33,607 bases of DNA from an uncultured Eubacteriales bacterium (GCA_964646835.1 CAZYFG010000001.1:1-33607); one strand, 5' to 3'. Numbered from the stretch's first letter, positions 7,745 through 18,855 are shown. The notes: generated from the letters alone by a model not told the origin. Numbers and translations are program-made.

Positions 7745-10700
7745 ATGGCCTATCCTATCAAGGTAGGCAGGCGTGAGCGGCTGAACTATGGGCGCATCGA
7801 GGAGATCCTGGAAATCCCAGACCTGGTAGCCGTTCAAAGGGATTCGTACCAGTGGTTCCTTGAGGAGGGCTTGCGGGAAGTCTTTAGGGACATTTCTCCG
7901 ATCAAGGATTTCACGGAGAACTTGGTCCTTGAGTTCATAGACTACAATCTCGGAGAACCCAAGTACACGGTCCGCGAGTGTAAGGAACGCGACGTCACGT
8001 ATTCCGCGCCGCTGAAGGTCAAGGTCAGACTGGTCAACCAACAGACCGGCGAAGTCAAAGAGCAGGAAGTCTTTATGGGCGACTTCCCTCTCATGACCCC
8101 CGCGGGAACATTCATCATAAATGGCGCTGAAAGGGTGATCGTCAGCCAGCTGGTCCGCTCACCCGGAGCCTATTATTCGTTCGAAACGGATCCCAACGGC
8201 AAGCGGCTTTTCTTCGCTACGCTGATCCCGAACAGGGGCGCGTGGCTGGAGATGGAGTCGGATAGCAATGACATATGCTGGGTGAGGGTTGATAGGACCA
8301 GGAAGCTGCCTTTGACTGTCCTCCTGCGCGCAGTAGGCTTCGAGACCGACGCTTCGATCCTCGAGGCGATGGGCGACAGCGCTCCCCTCAGGAACACCCT
8401 GGACAAGGACACGACCAAGACCAGGGACGAAGCTTTGGTGGAGATCTACAAGAGGCTGCGTCCCGGGGAGCCTCCTACCGTGGAGAGCGCCAGAAACCTG
8501 TTTGAATCCCTGTTTTTCGAGCCCAGACGCTACGACCTCGCCACCGTTGGCCGCTACAGGCTGAACAAGAAGTTCATCTTGAGAAGGCGCGTCGTGGGTA
8601 CAACCGCCACCATGGACGTGCTTGATCCCGTAACCGGCCATCTCCTGGTGAAGGCCGGGACGTTCATCGACAGGGATATTGCTGTCATGCTTACGGACAA
8701 GCGGGTTAACGTAATCGACGTGACGACTCCGGAAGGACAAGTAGTCCACGTCGTAGGCAACGGCCGCTTTGACATATCCCAGGAAGTGCTCGCGAAGGAG
8801 AAGACGTTGTTCCGCGACGACATCGTCGCGGCGGTCAACTACTTCTTCGGGCTCTTTAAGGGCATAGGCACCATCGACGACATCGACCATCTGGGAAACC
8901 GGCGTGTAAGGTGCGTCGGAGAGCTTCTGCAGAACCAGTTCAGAGTAGGGCTTACCAGGATGGAGCGGGTCGTTCGAGAGCGCATGACCATCCAGGACAT
9001 CGACATCATCACCCCTCAGGCTCTCATCAACGTGAGACCGGTGGTAGGCGCCATCAAGGAGTTCTTTGGTTCCAGCCAGCTGTCCCAGTTCATGGAGCAG
9101 ACCAACCCGCTTACCGAGCTCACGGCCAAGAGAAGGCTGTCGGCGCTGGGTCCGGGCGGGCTCACACGCGATAGGGCCGGCATGGAAGTCCGCGACGTCC
9201 ACCATTCACACTACGGTCGCATGTGTCCTATCGAGACTCCCGAAGGTCCCAACATCGGCCTTACGGGTTCCCTTACCTGCTATGCGAGAGTGAACAGGCT
9301 TGGGTTTGTGGAGACTCCTTACCGCAAGGTTGACAAAGAGACCAAGAGGGTTACGGACGAGGTCGTCTACCTGACCGCCGACGAAGAAGACGATTGCATG
9401 ATCGCTCAGGCCAACGCCGAGATCGACGAGAACGGCGAGTTCTTGAGCGACAGGGTCCTTTCCCGCTTCAGGGACGAAGTGCTTGAGGTCCCCCCCGAGC
9501 GGTTGGACTACATGGACGTCTCACCGAAGCAGGTTTTCTCGGTCGCCACATCGCTTATCCCGTTCCTGGAGCACGATGAAGGCGCCCGTGCCCTCATGGG
9601 CTCCAACATGCAGCGTCAGGCGGTACCCCTCATCAGGACCGAACCTCCGCTCGTAGGAACCGGCCTTGAGTTCAGGGCTGCCCTGGACTCCGGTGCCATT
9701 GTAGTGGCAAAGCGCGCAGGGCGAGTGAAGCGCGTCTCCGCGTCGGAGATCGTGATCGAGACCGAAGACGGGGAAGAAGACCGCTACACCCTCACCAAGT
9801 TCGCCAGGTCCAACCACGGCACATGCTTCAACTACAAGCCCATCGTCACCAAGGGCGAGACGGTGTCCGAGGGCGAAGTCATAGCCGACGGACCGTCATC
9901 CTCAGGCGGAGAATTGGCCCTGGGGAGAAACGTCATTGTCGCGTACATGCCCTGGCAGGGTTTCAACTACGAAGACGCTATCCTTCTGTCCCGGGAACTG
10001 GTGGAGGACGACACCTTCACGTCAATCCACATCGAGGAGTACGAGTGCGACGCGCGAGACACCAGGCTCGGGCCGGAAGAGATCACAAAAGATATCCCCA
10101 ACGTCAGCGAAGACCAATTGAAAGACCTGGATGACCGCGGTGTCATCAGGGTGGGGGCCGAAGTCCGGTCGGGTGACATCCTGGTAGGCAAGGTCACCCC
10201 CAAGGGCGAAACCGAGCTGACCGCCGAGGAAAGGCTCCTCCGGGCCATTTTCGGCGAGAAAGCCAGAGAGGTCCGGGACAATTCGCTGAAGATGCCTCAC
10301 GGCGAAAGCGGCATCGTTGTGGACGTCAAGGTTTTCACCAGGGAAGCCGGCGACGAGCTGCCGCCCGGAGTGAACCAGCTGGTCCGGGTCTACGTTGCCC
10401 AGCGGCGAAAGATATCCGAGGGCGACAAGATGGCCGGACGCCACGGCAACAAGGGTGTTGTAGCCAAGATCCTGCCCAAAGAAGACATGCCCTTCTTGCC
10501 CGACGGCACCCCGGTTCAGATCGTGCTTACGCCCCTCGGAGTGCCTTCCAGGCTGAACCTGGGTCAGATACTCGAGTGCCATCTGGGCTGGGCGGCCAAA
10601 GCCCTGGGACTCCACATCGCCACTCCCGTATTCGACGGAGTGACCGAGAACGAGATCCACGAGCTTCTGGAGAAAGCCGGACTGCCGCCGGACGGCAAGA

Positions 10701-11737
10701 TCTGGCTCAGGGACGGCAGGACCGGCGAGTACTTCGACAACCCGATAACCTCGGGCCATGTATATATGATGAAACTCTTGCACTTGGTTGACGACAAGGT
10801 CCACGCCAGGTCAACCGGGCCTTACTCTCTCGTCACCCAGCAGCCTCTCGGCGGCAAAGCCCAGATGGGAGGCCAGCGTTTCGGCGAGATGGAGGTCTGG
10901 GCGCTTGAGGCATACGGCGCGGCCTACACCTTGCAGGAAATGCTCACCGTGAAATCGGACGACAGGACCGGACGGGTGAAGACCTACGAAGCCATTGTGA
11001 AGGGCCTGAACATCCCCGAACCCGGTGTGCCTGAGTCATTCAAAGTGCTCCTCAAGGAACTCCAGAGTCTTTCCCTGGATGTCAAGATCCTCGACGAGGA
11101 AGGCAAGGAGATAGAGATCAAGGAGCTGGATGAGGACATCCAGGAAACCGCTCGCGACCTTGACCTCGTAACCGAAGGCGAGCCGAGGCGCCTGCCCAGA
11201 CATCCGCGCAGGCGCGAGGTGCTGCCTGAGGCGCCCTACGAGGAGGACGAGGAGGAAGAAGAGGAAGAGGATGTGGCGGTCGCGGATGACATGGCCGCAG
11301 ACGAAGAGGAGGCCATTCCTGCCGACGACACCGCTGAGGACGAGACGGACCTCGGAGAGACTGACGTCGCCATAGATGAGGAAGTCGACGTCCTGGAAGA
11401 CCTCCATGAGGCGGAGACCGCCATTCCGGGTCATGAGGAAGAAGAGGCGGAGGTAGAGGGCCATCAGAGGCTTTCCCTCGATGACCTGTTCAAGAACTTG
11501 ACCATCCCCGACGTTGTCCCGGTTGAGGAAGACGACGAGGCGGCGGAGCCGAAGAAGAAGAGGGCGGCTGGAAGAACCAGAGCCAAGAGACGTCCCAAGC
11601 GCGCCGGAGACGATTTCGAGAGATTGGGCCGCGTTCGGTCCCTGCGTGATCTCGATCCCGAGTACGAACTCCGGGTGAGGAACAAGCCGGAAGACGGCTT
11701 TGAGGACGAAGATGACGAGGACGAACCGATAAACTGA
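7745..11737 (+). CDS. rpoB: DNA-directed RNA polymerase subunit beta, with a roughly 200-aa acidic/basic C-terminal extension
   Basis: Full-length homology, e.g. [31 protein letters not shown] and [37 protein letters not shown] 7745 lies 10 nt after AAGGAG. The alternative GTG at 7736 overlaps the RBS. Confidence 0.97.
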   Translation: MAYPIKVGRRERLNYGRIEEILEIPDLVAVQRDSYQWFLEEGLREVFRDISPIKDFTENLVLEFIDYNLGEPKYTVRECKERDVTYSAPLKVKVRLVNQQTGEVKEQEVFMGDFPLMTPAGTFIINGAERVIVSQLVRSPGAYYSFETDPNGKRLFFATLIPNRGAWLEMESDSNDICWVRVDRTRKLPLTVLLRAVGFETDASILEAMGDSAPLRNTLDKDTTKTRDEALVEIYKRLRPGEPPTVESARNLFESLFFEPRRYDLATVGRYRLNKKFILRRRVVGTTATMDVLDPVTGHLLVKAGTFIDRDIAVMLTDKRVNVIDVTTPEGQVVHVVGNGRFDISQEVLAKEKTLFRDDIVAAVNYFFGLFKGIGTIDDIDHLGNRRVRCVGELLQNQFRVGLTRMERVVRERMTIQDIDIITPQALINVRPVVGAIKEFFGSSQLSQFMEQTNPLTELTAKRRLSALGPGGLTRDRAGMEVRDVHHSHYGRMCPIETPEGPNIGLTGSLTCYARVNRLGFVETPYRKVDKETKRVTDEVVYLTADEEDDCMIAQANAEIDENGEFLSDRVLSRFRDEVLEVPPERLDYMDVSPKQVFSVATSLIPFLEHDEGARALMGSNMQRQAVPLIRTEPPLVGTGLEFRAALDSGAIVVAKRAGRVKRVSASEIVIETEDGEEDRYTLTKFARSNHGTCFNYKPIVTKGETVSEGEVIADGPSSSGGELALGRNVIVAYMPWQGFNYEDAILLSRELVEDDTFTSIHIEEYECDARDTRLGPEEITKDIPNVSEDQLKDLDDRGVIRVGAEVRSGDILVGKVTPKGETELTAEERLLRAIFGEKAREVRDNSLKMPHGESGIVVDVKVFTREAGDELPPGVNQLVRVYVAQRRKISEGDKMAGRHGNKGVVAKILPKEDMPFLPDGTPVQIVLTPLGVPSRLNLGQILECHLGWAAKALGLHIATPVFDGVTENEIHELLEKAGLPPDGKIWLRDGRTGEYFDNPITSGHVYMMKLLHLVDDKVHARSTGPYSLVTQQPLGGKAQMGGQRFGEMEVWALEAYGAAYTLQEMLTVKSDDRTGRVKTYEAIVKGLNIPEPGVPESFKVLLKELQSLSLDVKILDEEGKEIEIKELDEDIQETARDLDLVTEGEPRRLPRHPRRREVLPEAPYEEDEEEEEEEDVAVADDMAADEEEAIPADDTAEDETDLGETDVAIDEEVDVLEDLHEAETAIPGHEEEEAEVEGHQRLSLDDLFKNLTIPDVVPVEEDDEAAEPKKKRAAGRTRAKRRPKRAGDDFERLGRVRSLRDLDPEYELRVRNKPEDGFEDEDDEDEPIN

Positions 11738-11753
11738 CGCGAAGGGGATGTGA

Positions 11754-14427
<2,674 letters not shown>

Positions 14428-15185
14428 AAGAGCTGTTTGAGGCAAGGAAGCCCAAAGGCCAGGCCGCGATCGCCGAGATAGCAGGTGTGGTCGAGATCGT
14501 CGAAGGCGACAGGAAGCGGGAGATCCGCATCACGTCAACTGAAGGCGACCAGACGGTCACGGTAGTGCCCTACGGGGCTCTAATCAAGGTGACCGACGGC
14601 CAGACCGTGGAGGCGGGCGATCCCCTCACGGAAGGGTCAATCAACCCCCACGACCTCCTGAGGGTCAAGGGAGTCACCGCCGTGCAGGACTATCTCGTGG
14701 CCGAAGTGCAGCGTGTCTATAGGCTCCAGGGTATCGATATTGCCGACAAGCACATCGAGGTCATCGTGAGGCAGATGATCCGGAAGATCAGGGTAGACGA
14801 GCCGGGCGACACCGATCTTCTGCCTGGCGGCGTCGTCAACGTCCACGAGTTCGCCGACGCCAACGCGCAGGTCTTTGAGACGGGCGGCGAACCCGCCATC
14901 GGAAAGCCCGTTATCCTTGGGATTACCAAGGCGTCTCTCGCCACCGAGTCGTTCCTCTCGGCCGCGTCTTTCCAGGAGACCACAAGGGTCCTCACGGAAG
15001 CGGCGGTCAAGGGAAGGGTAGACGACCTCCTGGGGCTCAAGGAGAACGTGATCATCGGAAAACTCATACCTGCAGGCACAGGTATGTCCAGGTACTCGCA
15101 TATCGACGTGAGGCGAGCTGCTCCTTCCGATGAGGTTGCCGCCGAGGACATCGCCGGAGCCGGAACTGAAGAAGATCATAGCTAA

Positions 15186-15290
15186 GGGTTTTTGCAGAAG
15201 TTTATCCCCGAAGGCCTTCGCTGAGGGCTTTCGGGGATGGTTTTTGTGGAAGGTTTTCGCCGGGGCTTCCCCCGAGGGCTTTCGCGGAGG
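15186..15290 (+). repeat. two imperfect direct copies of a roughly 52-nt unit (GGTTTTTG..GAAG..TTT...GAGGGCTTTCGSGGA)
   Basis: Copy 1 spans 15186-15237 and contains the terminator hairpin. Copy 2 spans 15238-15289 and has a weaker hairpin (CGGGG-CTTC-CCCCG). Confidence 0.6.
15204..15246 (+). terminator. intrinsic terminator after rpoC
   Basis: ATCCCCGAA (15204-15212) pairs with TTCGGGGAT (15230-15238), with further inner pairing. It is followed by GGTTTTTG. Confidence 0.65.
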
Positions 15291-15320
15291 TCCTGACGCC
15301 TAAATCCCAGTAAGAGTGCC

Positions 15321-15500
15321 TAAACCTGCGGGACATATCACCACCCGTGCGTATGTCCCGCAGAATGTCCCCACGGGCGCGGATATCCCGCGCAAATATC
15401 CCCACCTGCGCATACGTTCGCTCGGCACGTCCCCGCAGGCGCATATTTCCCGCAGGACGTCCCCAGAGGGGCATATTTCCCGCAGAACGTCCCCACGGGT
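15321..15500 (+). repeat. tandem array of about 6 degenerate 30-bp units (consensus about GCATATTTCCCGCAGRACGTCCCCACGGGY)
   Basis: Units begin at 15321, 15351, 15381, 15411, 15441 and 15471. The last two match at 27 of 30 positions. TCCC(C)RCRG sub-motifs alternate at 12-13 and 17-18 nt spacing. No unique spacers lie between the units. Confidence 0.8.
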
Positions 15501-15550
15501 GCAAGTCGTGAAGTACGCACAACGGGTGTGAGGCCTTAGTTTGCAGCGTG

Positions 15551-15579
15551 TTGAACGGCTCTAGGGCGAATGCTATCAT
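15551..15579 (+). promoter_or_regulatory. strong extended -10 promoter candidate for the NuoL-like gene
   Basis: TTGAAC (15551-15556), 17-nt spacer ending in TGc, TATCAT (15574-15579). This leaves a leader of about 105 nt. Confidence 0.5.
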
Positions 15580-15690
15580 TGAGTAGTGTGTTCGTGCTCG
15601 TAACCACAAGGACGGATTTGGGGCTTTGTCATAAATGGCCGAAGTGGCTCTGAAACTGCTCCAAACCGCTCCTGCCGTCGAGGTGCTGTC

Positions 15691-17454
15691 GTGATGTCAG
15701 ATCTGCCGTTTGTGCTCGTAGTTGTCATTCCGTTTCTCGGTGCCTTGCTGATATCGGCCTTGAAGGCTCTAGGCGGTGGAAAGGATCATGGTGGTGCTGG
15801 CGGTGGAAAGGATCATGGCGGTGCTGGCGGCGGGAAGGGTCTGAGCGGTGAGAGGGCTGTCCCTTACGTGGCGCTGGGCGCCGGGGGGATTGCCGCAGCG
15901 GTAGCCGTATACGCAGTCCCTTTAGTCCACGGGGGACAGGCAGCATTTGGACTGGCAGTTGATGGACTTGGGTTTTTCGTGGCCCTGGCTTCGTCCGTTT
16001 TGGGGGCCCTAGTGCTATGTTACTCCTTGGGATATATGGCGCATGAGCACGACGCGTCCCGGTACTACTCGCTTGTGCTCCTGACAATAGGGTCAGTGAA
16101 CGGCCTCACGCTATCCGGGAACGCTCTCGTCGTGGCCGCCTTCTGGATGGCTTGTTCCTACCTGACCTGCGAGCTTGTCGGGTTCAACCGCGAAAACCCT
16201 GACGCGCCCGCCTGCGCCAAGCGGGCCCTTGTTTTCGGCAGAGCCGGTGACCTTCTGCTCCTTCTCGGCATAGGGCTCCTATACTACGGGAGCGGCGCCA
16301 AGGGATTCGGGTTCGCCGACATGTTCAGCGCCATAGGAAGCGGGACATCATCGCTCAGCGGGACAGCGCCCGTCAGTGGGACATCGCCCCTTCTGGCGCT
16401 AGGGGCCTACATCATCCTCTTGGCTGCCATGGCAAGATCGGCTCAGATACCCCTTCACGTCTGGCTTCCCGGTGCGATGGAGGCGCCCAGTTCGGCGTCG
16501 GCTCTCTTGGATGCCGCCACCGTCATGAATGCCGGTGTCTACCTGGTGATGAGGTTCTACCCGGCCCTCAGGTCGATTCCGGGATGGAGCAGCGCCGTCA
16601 TGTGGACGGGCGCTTTCACGATCTTGCTCTCGGCCCTCATGGCCCTGTACGCGAACGATCTCAAGAAGATGCTGGCGTTCTCCACGATGAGTCAGTTGGG
16701 CTACATGTTCTTCGCCGTCGGCACAGGCGCCATACTCGGGGCCCAGTTCCACCTCATGTCCCACGCCATATTCAAGACACTCCTGTTCCTGGCCGCAGGT
16801 TCCATCCTGCACTCTACCGGCACCAGGGATATGAACCTGCTGTCAGGCGCCGGGTCGAAGATGCCGGTGACCGGAGGGGCTTTCTTGGTGGGTGTCATGG
16901 GTCTCTCTGGCGTACCCTTCATGAGCGGGTTTTTCTCCAAAGATATGATCCTCGCGGGCGCCCTGGCCGGTCACCAATACGCGGCCCTTCTCCTGGCCGG
17001 GCTCGGGGCGGTCCTGACTGTGGTGTACTCCTGGTCCGCGTACATCAAGGTGTTCCGCGGGAGTCAATCGGAGGCGGTTCGAAAGGCTCACGAGGCACCT
17101 TTGTCCATGGAGATCCCCATGGCTATACTGGCCATCCTTACGCCCTTCTTCTGGCTGTCGATCGGAGTCGGGAGCAGCGGACTTCACGACACCGTCCCGG
17201 GACTCGGGATCCATGAGATATCTCCTCTGTACCTGGTTGAGGAGACCTTTGGCAGCACGGCATTCCTCATCTCCCTTGTTGCTCTGGTCATCGGGTTTGT
17301 CATTGTCCGGAGGCGTTCTCTGGTGCTGGGATGGATGGAGTCTCACGCCGCAGGCTTTGTGTCCGCCTGCAAAGAGGGGTTCTATTTCGACCGGCTTTTC
17401 GTCCTGCCCGGAGAGGCGTCAAGGCGGAACCGCAGAGACTCCCGCCGAGGGTGA
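15691..17454 (+). CDS. NuoL/MrpA-family (proton-conducting antiporter-like, PF00361-type) membrane protein, orphan and C-terminally short
   Basis: Multi-TM protein with ARSAQIPLHVWLPGAMEAPSSASALLDAATVMNAGVYL, NDLKKMLAFSTMSQLGYMF, HLMSHAIFKTLLFLAAGSILH and GVPFMSGFFSKDMIL. The start is GTG 15691 or, more likely, ATG 15694 (8 nt after GAGGTG). Confidence 0.85.
   Translation: MMSDLPFVLVVVIPFLGALLISALKALGGGKDHGGAGGGKDHGGAGGGKGLSGERAVPYVALGAGGIAAAVAVYAVPLVHGGQAAFGLAVDGLGFFVALASSVLGALVLCYSLGYMAHEHDASRYYSLVLLTIGSVNGLTLSGNALVVAAFWMACSYLTCELVGFNRENPDAPACAKRALVFGRAGDLLLLLGIGLLYYGSGAKGFGFADMFSAIGSGTSSLSGTAPVSGTSPLLALGAYIILLAAMARSAQIPLHVWLPGAMEAPSSASALLDAATVMNAGVYLVMRFYPALRSIPGWSSAVMWTGAFTILLSALMALYANDLKKMLAFSTMSQLGYMFFAVGTGAILGAQFHLMSHAIFKTLLFLAAGSILHSTGTRDMNLLSGAGSKMPVTGGAFLVGVMGLSGVPFMSGFFSKDMILAGALAGHQYAALLLAGLGAVLTVVYSWSAYIKVFRGSQSEAVRKAHEAPLSMEIPMAILAILTPFFWLSIGVGSSGLHDTVPGLGIHEISPLYLVEETFGSTAFLISLVALVIGFVIVRRRSLVLGWMESHAAGFVSACKEGFYFDRLFVLPGEASRRNRRDSRRG
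15772..15840 (+). repeat. in-frame 27-nt tandem repeat (about 2.5 copies) inside the NuoL-like CDS
   Basis: GGCGGTGGAAAGGATCATGGTGGTGCT (15772-15798) is repeated at 15799-15825 with one mismatch, followed by a partial copy. It encodes GGKDHGGAG x2 in the first loop. Confidence 0.9.
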
Positions 17455-17487
17455 TTTTGCCTGCTCTTTTACCTTCTCATGCAGCCG

Positions 17488-17516
17488 TTGACACCGCATT
17501 TGGCGGGTGCTAAACT
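17488..17516 (+). promoter_or_regulatory. extended -10 promoter candidate for the L7Ae-rpsL-rpsG-fusA-tuf operon
   Basis: Consensus TTGACA (17488-17493), 17-nt spacer ending in TGc, TAAACT (17511-17516). Confidence 0.5.
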
Positions 17517-17560
17517 CTTAAAGCGTGCCTTTTTTGGTTTGTCAAGCAGGAGGAAGCACG

Positions 17561-17881
17561 ATGTCGAACCGGCCCTTCAGTTCTGGGGAGAGCCGTCAAA
17601 GCTCTCAGAGGGAACGGCTTCGACCTGGGAAGGAACGGCTTCCCGGGGTGAAGTCCACCGAAAGGGCAGTTCAGAACGGTCTTTGTAAGGCAGTCTATGT
17701 CGCCAAAGACGCCGAAGAACGCGTCGTCAAGAACCTCCTAAGGCTGTGTCAGGAAAAGGGCATACCTGTGTCTTTTTTTGGTTCCATGAAGGAGTTGGGC
17801 GAGTTCTGTTCCCTCAAGGTAGGCGCATCTGCCTGCGCTATCTTGAAAGATGGGCAAACTGAGGCAGAAAAAGGGGGTTAG
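17561..17881 (+). CDS. L7Ae-family ribosome-associated protein (YbxF/RplGB-like)
   Basis: GVKSTERAVQNGLCKAVYVAKDAEERVVKNLLRLCQEKGIPVSFFGSMKELGEFCSLKVGASACAIL. ATG 17561 follows AGGAGGA. It sits between rpoC and rpsL, as in Bacillus. A roughly 25-aa Ser/Arg-rich N-terminal extension is present. Confidence 0.85.
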   Translation: MSNRPFSSGESRQSSQRERLRPGKERLPGVKSTERAVQNGLCKAVYVAKDAEERVVKNLLRLCQEKGIPVSFFGSMKELGEFCSLKVGASACAILKDGQTEAEKGG

Positions 17882-17884
17882 AAG

Positions 17885-18259
17885 GTGCCGACAATCAACC
17901 AATTGGTACGGCAGGGCCGCACGGCAGCGCAGGGTACATCCAAGTCCCGTGCTCTAAGGGGTAATCCCTTCAAGCGCGGCGTCTGCACTGTGGTCCGAAC
18001 CACTCAGCCAAAGAAGCCAAACTCGGCACTACGGAAGATCGCTCGTGTCCGTCTAGTCAACGGGATTGAGGTGACGGCCTATATCCCCGGCGTTGGACAC
18101 AACCTGCAGGAGCACTCGGTTGTGTTGGTCCGGGGTGGTCGTGTAAGGGATCTTCCTGGCGTTCGTTATCACATAGTCAGGGGCACCCTCGACGCCGCCG
18201 GCGTGGCCGACCGTAGACAGGGCCGTTCGCTGTACGGTGCCAAGAGGCCGAAGAAGTAA
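17885..18259 (+). CDS. rpsL: 30S ribosomal protein S12
   Basis: [12 protein letters not shown]...[12 protein letters not shown]...[17 protein letters not shown]. Confidence 0.98.
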   Translation: MPTINQLVRQGRTAAQGTSKSRALRGNPFKRGVCTVVRTTQPKKPNSALRKIARVRLVNGIEVTAYIPGVGHNLQEHSVVLVRGGRVRDLPGVRYHIVRGTLDAAGVADRRQGRSLYGAKRPKK

Positions 18260-18279
18260 TCTTTCGGAGGTAATGTTGA

Positions 18280-18750
18280 ATGCCTAGACGTGGCGGAGCG
18301 CCGGACAGGGAGTGGACACCTGATCCAGTGTACAATTCAATCCTGGTGACCAGGATAACCAACAAGGTCATGAACTCGGGCGAGAAGGCTGTCGCCCGCA
18401 AGATCATGTACAACGCGATGGACATTATCCGCGAGAAGACTGGGAAGGACCCTATTGAGGTTCTCGATACCGCGATCAAGAACGCCATGCCGGTTCTTGA
18501 GGTCCGTCCCAGGAGGGTAGGAGGAGCGACCTACCAGGTTCCCATCGAGGTAAGAAACGAACGGCGTCTTTCGCTGGCCATCCGTTGGATCGTTGATTTC
18601 GCCCGGCAGCGGAGCGAGCGTGGGATGGAGAACCGTTTGGCAGGGGAGATCCTTGACTGCGCAAATAACACCGGCAGCACCGTGAGACGCAAAGAAGAGA
18701 TGCACAAGATGGCGGAAGCCAACAGGGCCTTCGCGCACTATCGCTGGTAA
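18280..18750 (+). CDS. rpsG: 30S ribosomal protein S7
   Basis: MPRRG...DPVYNS...[18 protein letters not shown]...[14 protein letters not shown]. Confidence 0.98.
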   Translation: MPRRGGAPDREWTPDPVYNSILVTRITNKVMNSGEKAVARKIMYNAMDIIREKTGKDPIEVLDTAIKNAMPVLEVRPRRVGGATYQVPIEVRNERRLSLAIRWIVDFARQRSERGMENRLAGEILDCANNTGSTVRRKEEMHKMAEANRAFAHYRW

Positions 18751-18855
18751 GGCGTCCAGGGAGCTCAGGATTCGGGAACTCAGGGTTCAGGGGAAGCAAG
18801 ATTCAGGGGTTCAGAGGATTGAGAGGCCAGACAACTCAGGAAAGGGGGGATTTCG

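Noticed and set aside
8159-9205. Long antisense ORFs inside rpoB (8159-9205, 10022-10804, 11036-11788), tuf (20874-21941), fusA (19666-20376), rplD (22998-23738) and elsewhere.
   Set aside because: They lie fully inside strongly conserved + strand genes and have Arg/Gly/Pro-rich, family-less translations. These are typical GC-rich shadow ORFs.
15321-15500. The 30-bp repeat array as a CRISPR array.
   Set aside because: The units are directly adjacent with no unique spacers and they degenerate progressively. No cas genes are present.
15202-15609. ORFs across the repeat spacer: 15202-15609(-), 15316-15531(+) and 15338-15520(-).
   Set aside because: All three frames and strands are open only because of the repeat. 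The translations are 10-aa periodic echoes of the 30-bp unit, with no RBS or recognisable domain.
17455-17560. DabA, Mrp or Nuo partner genes, or a frameshifted continuation of the NuoL-like gene, downstream of 17454.
   Set aside because: The other frames (17213-17491, 17331-17513, 17479-17688) encode short, non-hydrophobic, Arg/Pro-rich peptides. The interval is occupied by a consensus promoter for the L7Ae gene.
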